DNA from: Candidatus Bathyarchaeia archaeon | Lineage (GTDB): Archaea; Thermoproteota; Bathyarchaeia; Bathyarchaeales; Bathycorpusculaceae | DNA length: 64,000 nt | Reading direction: 5' to 3' | NCBI GenBank assembly: GCA_038883795.1 | Contig: JAVZLK010000002.1 | Span: 1-64,000 of the forward strand | Part shown: positions 57,580 to 64,000 of the stretch, piece by piece | Position numbering within the stretch: the first letter of the stretch is position 1 | Layout of the letters: every line of letters starts with the position of its first letter | Notes under the pieces: generated by a model | What the model was told of the DNA's origin: nothing | What the model saw: only the letters and a program-made list of their open reading frames with translations | Database searches by the model: none | Position numbers and translations under genes: made by a program

Positions 57580-58048
57580 ACATTTTTCTTTCTTTATGGA
57601 GTTTAAGCATAACCGTAAAAAATCATCTATATTTAGCCCAAAGTCTTCACATTTTAACACATTGGTTTTGTACCATGGGCACACTTAATTCTTCAGCTTC
57701 CATTCTCATATTCTCTATTAGACTTGCTAGGGAATCTGTTGCTATCAATGCCTTGTCAAGCTTGCTTTTTGGTTTAATTCCGCTTCTGTAATCATGAGCC
57801 TTAATAGCATAAAGACATTTTTTGGGTAATTTTCCCTTCAGCATTTCAGCAGCAACAACACCATGCATTTTCATGTCATCTTTAACCCTATCATAATCCA
57901 AATCATGCAATAGCCCAACCAACATCCACTCCTCTCCATTTTCATTTAACGCCTTCGCCAACTCTTTCATCATACAAGAAACCATCAAAACATGAGAATA
58001 CTTACTTGTACTCTTAACAAGCCTCAACGCTTCATCTTTGGATATCAT
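57580..58048 (-). pseudogene. HDIG/HD-domain hydrolase with apparent frameshift near 57680
   Basis: H...V...M..LA, GLLHDLDY, HG, I.AH, D motifs; a family-like C-terminal tail (KCEDFGLNIDDFLRLCLNSI) lies in the other frame (track ORF 57460..57684). Confidence 0.6.
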
Positions 58049-58180
58049 AAACTATTACAAAATAACAACCCATTTATTTAATTATTTTAGTGAAAAACTA
58101 GAGGGTAAGGTCCGTATTGGTTGATTTTAAAGCCAAACGAACATAGAAAGCACTAAAGCGTCAGTTCGCTTTGAAACATT

Positions 58181-58474
58181 TTAAAGCATAAGCTTTAAAG
58201 CTTCCGCGCCTTTCATTCCAACTTTAACGCCAAACGTTTCAGCTTTACTTGTTACAGCTTTAACACTTGCATTCAAAACGTCGTCAAAGGTTTTAACGCC
58301 ACTAACCATGGCGGCAGCCACGCCCAAACGTTCAGCAGCGTCCATGTTCAAAAACCCGCACATGACAAAACCCCTATCTGCTATGATAACTAAAAGCGGC
58401 GGCGAATCTGGAAGTTCAACACGCAAACCCAAACATGCTTTGCCATCAACTTTTAAGGACGCCACATTAATCAT
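58181..58474 (-). CDS. YunC / DUF1805 family protein
   Basis: LP..PLL, GFVMCGFLN, AAMVSGVKT, GM.G.EAL. Confidence 0.88.
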   Translation of the reverse strand: MINVASLKVDGKACLGLRVELPDSPPLLVIIADRGFVMCGFLNMDAAERLGVAAAMVSGVKTFDDVLNASVKAVTSKAETFGVKVGMKGAEALKLML

Positions 58475-58558
58475 AGCCCAACACCCTTTTGCTAAACAAA
58501 TTTATCTTACATGCCCACTTAAATAACAATCGCTCCAGAAATAGACGGCGACGCTCAT

Positions 58559-59173
58559 ATGCTTACAAAACTTAAAGAAAGAATCCAAAAAATGCTCCTT
58601 GCCGAGGCGCAAGCAGCCCACAAAATAGGCTTAACACCTAACAGGATAAGCCTAATTGGCATAATCTTAGCCTTTCTTTCAGCCATGGCATATTTACAGT
58701 GGCAAACAAACACGCTTTACCTCTTCCTCGCCACAATTCTCCTTTTGCTCTCGGGTTTTTGTGACGCATTAGACGGCGTAATAGCCAGAACATACCAAAA
58801 GGCAACATGCTTTGGCGGTTTCTTAGACTCTTTATTGGATAGGTATGCCGACGCCATAGTTTATACTGGAATAATTTTGGGCGGATTATGTGAAGCCATA
58901 TGGGGTTTGATAGCCCTAATTGGCTCTTTATTAGTGAGTTACAGTCGTGCAAGAGCCGAAGCCGCTGGAATAAAAATGGAGTCGATAGGTTTAGCTGAAA
59001 GGGCAGAACGCATAATCGTATTGGCTATTACAACCATAATAGCATTCCTTTGGCAAACGCAAACCCAAGCAGTAATGAACGCCGGCATAATTTTACTCGC
59101 AATCCTAACGAACCTAACAGTATTGCAAAGAAGTTTGCATGTTTATAAAAGACTAAAATCTTCTGGGACGTAA
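58559..59173 (+). CDS. CDP-alcohol phosphatidyltransferase (archaetidylinositol phosphate synthase-like)
   Basis: TPN.IS, D.LDG..AR, GGFLDS.LDRYAD, SYSRARAE, ERAER. Confidence 0.9.
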   Translation: MLTKLKERIQKMLLAEAQAAHKIGLTPNRISLIGIILAFLSAMAYLQWQTNTLYLFLATILLLLSGFCDALDGVIARTYQKATCFGGFLDSLLDRYADAIVYTGIILGGLCEAIWGLIALIGSLLVSYSRARAEAAGIKMESIGLAERAERIIVLAITTIIAFLWQTQTQAVMNAGIILLAILTNLTVLQRSLHVYKRLKSSGT

Positions 59174-59464
59174 ACGGCTGCGCCTTTCTTCCCTAGCTCT
59201 AACCTTCACAATACCACGATGCACTGCGCAAGAAATACAATAATACTTAGTGTCAATCCATGAAGACAAATAGGTGCCCTTCTGACGAAGCTCCTTAGCC
59301 AACTGGGGATCAACAATCGAGCGCCTAGTGGTAACCTTTTTGGCTTTATCTCGAGGAACCAGTTGTCCACACATGGCGCATTGAACAGCACCACTAAGAC
59401 CTTTGCCGCCTTTCGAACGTCCCCGACTCTTTCTTTTATAAGGCAAATTTCCTCTACTCCTCAA
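59153..59464 (-). CDS. rps26e: 30S ribosomal protein eS26
   Basis: RGRSKG, VQCAMCG..VPRDKA, YCISCAVH..IV.VR. Confidence 0.95.
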   Translation of the reverse strand: MRSRGNLPYKRKSRGRSKGGKGLSGAVQCAMCGQLVPRDKAKKVTTRRSIVDPQLAKELRQKGTYLSSWIDTKYYCISCAVHRGIVKVRAREERRSRLRPRRF

Positions 59465-59492
59465 ATGCTAAAAACAATAAGGCGAAGCCACC

Positions 59493-60383
59493 TTATATAT
59501 CTGTCCTCAACTTCAAAATCGAAGCAATATTAGCCTTAGCATCAATTTTTGGAATAATTTTCCCGGTTGAAGATGTGAAAAGGGTTGTAACTCCAGGTCC
59601 GTGGCCGGAAGTAACGCAGTTTGTGTGGACAACAATACCAACGGATACAGCGCCTTTCCTGTATATTCGCCCGTAAGAGTGGTCTGCGTCCAAGATTGCC
59701 ACTAAATCGCCAAGTCTCAAATCGTCAAGCCCATACTCCTTCCGAGTTTCTTCATCAAAGAGTTGAATGTCATAATCTCCAGAATATGTTTGGTTCGCCC
59801 CCAAACCAGAACCCATTATAGCCGCTGGAATAACATGCGTAACAGGAACCTCTAATTTGTCGCCGTTTGGCTTGGGATCTAATGCCTCGAGAAAACGTGG
59901 GTCCATATTCATAACCTTCACTTCTGGAAAATCCAAAAGTTTTAAGCCTACGCCGAAAGCTTTAACGAGAACTTTGTCGCCTAACATGAGCTTTTCAAGG
60001 GTTTCGGGTTGAAAATCAACTAGCACATGTTCTATTCCGCCATGCTTCCCTGTTACAACTCCTTTTGCGCCTTTGGCTTCGCCTCCAACAACCAATGCCT
60101 CGTTTCCAACACATGAAAGCACGTTAAAAGCTGTGTTTGCGCCCTGTCCATAACGTGGGTCATTCTCTTTATTCTCTAAGCTTACGCCCGGTTCAACGTG
60201 GTCTGCTTCCCATCCGCATGCGGGATCGCCCACACGCACATTATATGTGATTCCGCCGACGCCTGGCAAAACCATGGGAATTCCTTGGGCAGAAACCCTG
60301 TAGATGTCTCTTCCATAAACTGGGCTGGCTACTTCGCCTACTACAGATATTTTCACCAATTTTTCAACGTTTGTTTTTAACGT
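59493..60383 (-). CDS. DUF4438 family protein
   Basis: GGITYNVRVGD, DHVEPGVS, CVGN, GKHGGIEH, MGSG.G, GDYDI, SGHGPG; probable ACG start at 60383 after GGAGG. Confidence 0.8.
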   Translation of the reverse strand, partial: TLKTNVEKLVKISVVGEVASPVYGRDIYRVSAQGIPMVLPGVGGITYNVRVGDPACGWEADHVEPGVSLENKENDPRYGQGANTAFNVLSCVGNEALVVGGEAKGAKGVVTGKHGGIEHVLVDFQPETLEKLMLGDKVLVKAFGVGLKLLDFPEVKVMNMDPRFLEALDPKPNGDKLEVPVTHVIPAAIMGSGLGANQTYSGDYDIQLFDEETRKEYGLDDLRLGDLVAILDADHSYGRIYRKGAVSVGIVVHTNCVTSGHGPGVTTLFTSSTGKIIPKIDAKANIASILKLRTDI

Positions 60384-60536
60384 TTACTATTCCTCCCTGT
60401 GTTAGACTGAACCTTTTGGCAAAACATCTTAATTAGTTTTTTATGTGACACGGCAAGTTTTAAAAGTGTGTTGTTTATTTTGAGTTGAGTGAAGCTTTAA
60501 ACTAAAAAGGGCAAAGGCTTTCAGTGGTTGAAGGGA

Positions 60537-61124
60537 ATGGCTGAAATTGGATTAAGGTCGAGGATGCTGGTAAGAGATGTTATGAGCAGTCCAGTTATAA
60601 CCATAGAAGAAGATGCACCTGTTAACAAGGCTGCAGAATTGATGGAAAAGCATGGTTTGGGCTGCATAATAGTAACGAACAAGGAAGGAAAACCATTAGG
60701 GATAATAACCGAAAGAGACTTGGTTGCCAGAGTTTTAGCAAGAAATATTAAGCCGGATTCTCTCCAAACAAAAGAGGTTATGACCTCGCCCTTAATCACC
60801 ATAGAGCCTCATGAAACAATTAATGAAGCAGCAAGAAGAATGAGTCGTCTAAACATAAGAAGGTTAGGAGTCGTTTATAAGGGACAGCTTATTGGGTTGG
60901 TTTCAAGCAAAGACATTTTGGCAGTTATGCCAGAACTTGTGGAAACAATCCAGGAACGGGCACTTATAGAAGGTGAAAATAGAGTTCAAGAAAGCGCTGA
61001 GGAATCCACGCCTCTTGCTGGTTATTGTGACCGCTGCGGTGGATGGTCTGAGGATTTAAAAGAGGTTAATGGAGAATTTGTTTGTGAAGATTGTAGGGTG
61101 GAGTTAGAAGAAGAGGAAGGGTGA
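60537..61124 (+). CDS. CBS-pair protein with C-terminal zinc ribbon
   Basis: VRDVMSSPV, GIITERDL, VMTSPL; C-terminal GYCDRCG...VCEDC. Confidence 0.88.
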   Translation: MAEIGLRSRMLVRDVMSSPVITIEEDAPVNKAAELMEKHGLGCIIVTNKEGKPLGIITERDLVARVLARNIKPDSLQTKEVMTSPLITIEPHETINEAARRMSRLNIRRLGVVYKGQLIGLVSSKDILAVMPELVETIQERALIEGENRVQESAEESTPLAGYCDRCGGWSEDLKEVNGEFVCEDCRVELEEEEG

Positions 61125-61133
61125 GGGCGATTT

Positions 61134-61919
61134 TTGCGTGTTAAAGAAATCATGAATGAAAAGCACCCATCCATTTATGAAGATGAACTTGCCACAAAAG
61201 CTAGAGCAATAATACGTGATTTTGCCCTAAGAATTCTTCCAGTAATAGACAAAACTAAAAAGCTTATGGGCATAATTTCCCGCAGCGACGTCATGACAAT
61301 TTCCTCCGCTGTCTCCCCAATAAGAGTCAAAGGAATAATGAGAAACCCAAAACACACAGCGGCAATGGAAGATGATGCGGTCTCTGCAGTTAAAGAAATG
61401 ATTCGACTGGATGAATGGAACATACCTGTCATAAACTTCGTTCAAGACAGAAGTTATATGGGCGTTTTCGGCTTAGAAAACTTCATTGAAGCCATAATTA
61501 AAACAAGTCCTGAAAAACTTGCAAAACCCGTTGAAGAAGTAATGTCAAAAAATGTTTTAGCTTGTTCTCCAGAAGATGAAGTAGATAACATTTGGCGCTT
61601 AATGCAGACCAAATCCCTAGGAGGTCTGCCGGTCACAAAAAATGATAGGTTAGTTGGAATTGTCACGCAGAAAGACCTTATTCAAAGTGGGGCGTTATTG
61701 CCCACATTTGAGTCTAAGAAAGGACGCTTTCGTGGGTCATCGAAAATTTCTTCGGTTATGAATACGCAAGTTATAGCCGTAGAACCCCACATAAAAGTGA
61801 TTAGAGTTGCAAAAATCATGGTTTCAAAAGATATTGGAAGGGTTCCCGTAGTAGATAAGCAAGGTAAGTTGATTGGTATAGTTGACCGGGAGGATGTTGT
61901 TAGGTTAGTTGTCAAATGA
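61134..61919 (+). CDS. Protein with four CBS domains
   Basis: Repeated VM...V / LPV / GIVT..D CBS motifs. Confidence 0.88.
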   Translation: MRVKEIMNEKHPSIYEDELATKARAIIRDFALRILPVIDKTKKLMGIISRSDVMTISSAVSPIRVKGIMRNPKHTAAMEDDAVSAVKEMIRLDEWNIPVINFVQDRSYMGVFGLENFIEAIIKTSPEKLAKPVEEVMSKNVLACSPEDEVDNIWRLMQTKSLGGLPVTKNDRLVGIVTQKDLIQSGALLPTFESKKGRFRGSSKISSVMNTQVIAVEPHIKVIRVAKIMVSKDIGRVPVVDKQGKLIGIVDREDVVRLVVK

Positions 61920-61931
61920 GAGGATGATATT

Positions 61932-62840
61932 TTGAGTAGAGAAACCTTTAGAAGAACATTAAAGGAGAAGGGGCCTCTCTCTTTGAGGGTTCATCCTTCT
62001 AAAAAACGTGAAAGCGAAATAATGCACATTGCAAAAAGCCCCGTTGTAACCATGGCGCCTACCACACCAATTTATGAGGCCATCCGAATAATGGCAAAGG
62101 AAGGGTTCCGCAGAATACCAATAGCCAATCCTGGAACAAAAGCCCTAGAAGGAATCATAACAGCCATGGACATAATAGACTATCTTGGCGGCGGGAAAAA
62201 ATTTGAAATAATCCAGCAAAAACATGGCGGAAACTTTTTCAAAGCCATAAACGAACCCGTAAGACTCATAATGACAAAAAATGTTGTTTCCGTTAAAACT
62301 TCTTCAAAAATAGGCGATGCAGTAAAATTGATGAGAGAGAAAAATCTTGGCGGTTTACCGGTGGTTGACGAAGAAAATCGTGTTAGAGCAATAATCACTG
62401 AAAGAGACATAGCAAACATGTTTGCCGATAGAATGAGCGGCGTAAAAGTTGCTGAGTTGATGTCGGAAAAAGTTGTTACCGCTTTGCCAAGAACAACAAT
62501 TTTTGAGGCTGAAAAAACAATGGCAACTCAAGGATTCAGGAGACTGCCTATAGTTTCTGACGGCAAGATAATGGGCATAATAACAGCCATGGACATCATA
62601 AGATTTTTCGGTTCAGGAAAAGTTTTCGCATACTTACAATCGGGAAACATAATCCAAGTTTTGAACACGCTTGCCATAGAAATAGCAACAAAAGAAGTTG
62701 CAACCATAGAACCTAATGCGGACATTGGCAAGGCAGCAAAAATTATGCGAGAGAAAAATGTTGGCGCTATTCCAGTTGTTGAAAATCAAAAGCTTGTCGG
62801 AATCTTGACGGAGAGAGATTTCTTCAAAATAATAGAATAA
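61932..62840 (+). CDS. Protein with four CBS domains
   Basis: GFRRIPI/GFRRLPI and GIITAMDII twice, ITERD twice. Confidence 0.88.
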   Translation: MSRETFRRTLKEKGPLSLRVHPSKKRESEIMHIAKSPVVTMAPTTPIYEAIRIMAKEGFRRIPIANPGTKALEGIITAMDIIDYLGGGKKFEIIQQKHGGNFFKAINEPVRLIMTKNVVSVKTSSKIGDAVKLMREKNLGGLPVVDEENRVRAIITERDIANMFADRMSGVKVAELMSEKVVTALPRTTIFEAEKTMATQGFRRLPIVSDGKIMGIITAMDIIRFFGSGKVFAYLQSGNIIQVLNTLAIEIATKEVATIEPNADIGKAAKIMREKNVGAIPVVENQKLVGILTERDFFKIIE

Positions 62841-62872
62841 ACTTTATACTTGAAATAAAGAGAGCGTTTAAC

Positions 62873-64000
62873 TTGACCGTTAATTTAATTCTAAAAAATG
62901 CGAAAGCCTACCTAAACAAAAAATTGGTGGAGTGCAGCATCGCCATAGAAAACGGCAAAATCTGCAAGATAGGCAAAGAAGCGAACATGCCAAAAGCTGA
63001 TAAAAAAATGGATTTAAAAAATCTCATAGTCTTACCTGGTTTAATAGACATTCACACGCATTTAAGGGATGAAGGAAAAGCATACAAAGAAGACTTTTAC
63101 ACCGGGACAGCGGCTGCTGCAGCTGGAGGAATAACAACAGTTTTGGACATGCCAAACAATGATCCAGTAACCATGAGCGTTGAAACTTTAAAAGGGCGCA
63201 TGGAGATTGCCGAAAGAAAGATTTTTGTTAATGTTGGCTTTTACTCAGAATTTCCAAAAAACACGAGCGAAATTAATGCAATTGTTAAGGCAGGGACTAT
63301 TGCCTTTAAGCTTTTCATGATGGAACAAGTAGGTGGATTAAATATAGACGATGATAAAGCCTTGTTAGAAGCATTTGAGACGATTGGCAAATTGAAAACT
63401 TTGGTAGCGATTCACGCAGAAGACAAAGAAACAATAAAAAGGGCTGAAGAAAACTATAAACGGCTTAACCGCAATGACATTGAAGCATTTTTGAAGGTAC
63501 ACTCGGAAAATGCAGAATGGAAAGCCATAAAACGTTCGTTAAACATAGCCAAACAAACCCGTGCTCACATACATTTTTGTCATGTAAGCACAGGAAAGGG
63601 ACTGGAAACAATAATGGAAGGAAAAAGTTTGGGATTACCAATAAGCTGTGAAGCCACGCCCCATCACATGTTTTTATCGGTCAAGGATTTGAGGAAAATT
63701 GGTAATTTAGCTTTGACTTTGCCGCCGGTTCGAGATAGAAAAAGTGTTTTGGTTCTTTGGGATGGCGTTAAAAGTGGTTGGATTGACATTTTGGCTTCTG
63801 ACCACGCTCCGCATACTATCGCTGAGAAAAAGGCTGAAAATGTTTGGAATGTTAAGGTTGGCTTTCCAGGTTTAGAAACCACGTTGCCGCTTTTACTCAC
63901 GGAAGTTAACAGCGGAAGATTGTCAATAGGAGATGTTGTTAGGTTGATGGCGGAAAAACCCGCTGAGATCTTCAAACTTAAGGGTAGGGGGGCCATAGAA
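62873..64000 (+). CDS. pyrC: Dihydroorotase / cyclic amidohydrolase family, runs off the window edge
   Basis: Not in the ORF track. Manual translation from TTG 62873: LPGLIDIHTHLRDEG, AAAGGITTVLDMPNN, HAED, CHVST, CEATPHH, ASDHAPH. Confidence 0.8.
   Translation, partial: MTVNLILKNAKAYLNKKLVECSIAIENGKICKIGKEANMPKADKKMDLKNLIVLPGLIDIHTHLRDEGKAYKEDFYTGTAAAAAGGITTVLDMPNNDPVTMSVETLKGRMEIAERKIFVNVGFYSEFPKNTSEINAIVKAGTIAFKLFMMEQVGGLNIDDDKALLEAFETIGKLKTLVAIHAEDKETIKRAEENYKRLNRNDIEAFLKVHSENAEWKAIKRSLNIAKQTRAHIHFCHVSTGKGLETIMEGKSLGLPISCEATPHHMFLSVKDLRKIGNLALTLPPVRDRKSVLVLWDGVKSGWIDILASDHAPHTIAEKKAENVWNVKVGFPGLETTLPLLLTEVNSGRLSIGDVVRLMAEKPAEIFKLKGRGAIE

Noticed and set aside
147-63996. Many 60-170 aa antisense or alternate-frame ORFs in the track
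   Set aside because: They are shadows of well-supported genes and have no motifs or SD; treated as non-coding, except 57460..57684, used as frameshift evidence.
1-64000. CRISPR arrays, tRNA/rRNA genes, IS elements, proviral genes
   Set aside because: No spaced repeats, cloverleaf or T-loop signatures, transposase or integrase motifs seen in any intergenic region; scan was by eye only.

Overview
Gene-dense archaeal chromosome segment (about 70 CDS). I found no rRNA, tRNA, CRISPR array, integrase or transposase. The marker set (eS25, eS26, eS1, eS17, uS15, a histone, a TFE-beta-like protein, tetraether synthase, two HdrA-type flavoproteins, CofE) points to a TACK archaeon, most likely Bathyarchaeia (inference). 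Contents: the conserved KEOPS/uS15/serS/eS1 cluster; two Hdr-type electron-bifurcation loci; 2-oxoacid:ferredoxin oxidoreductase; pxpABC; amino-acid catabolism genes; one low-GC surface-protein islet. Best leads: (1) a trpB2 + SerK/SbnI-like ParB-fold gene pair with a divergent ACT regulator and a symmetric 19-bp motif, a candidate phosphoserine-fed indole-salvage module; (2) an Ord-family amine dehydrogenase + pxpABC operon head-to-head with an HdrC-GltD fusion / HdrA-MvhD / KorDABC operon, a candidate 5-oxoproline-to-succinyl-CoA oxidation system; (3) apparent non-canonical start codons (ATC for kae1, ACG for a DUF4438 gene). All family calls come from motif recognition by eye; no database search was run.
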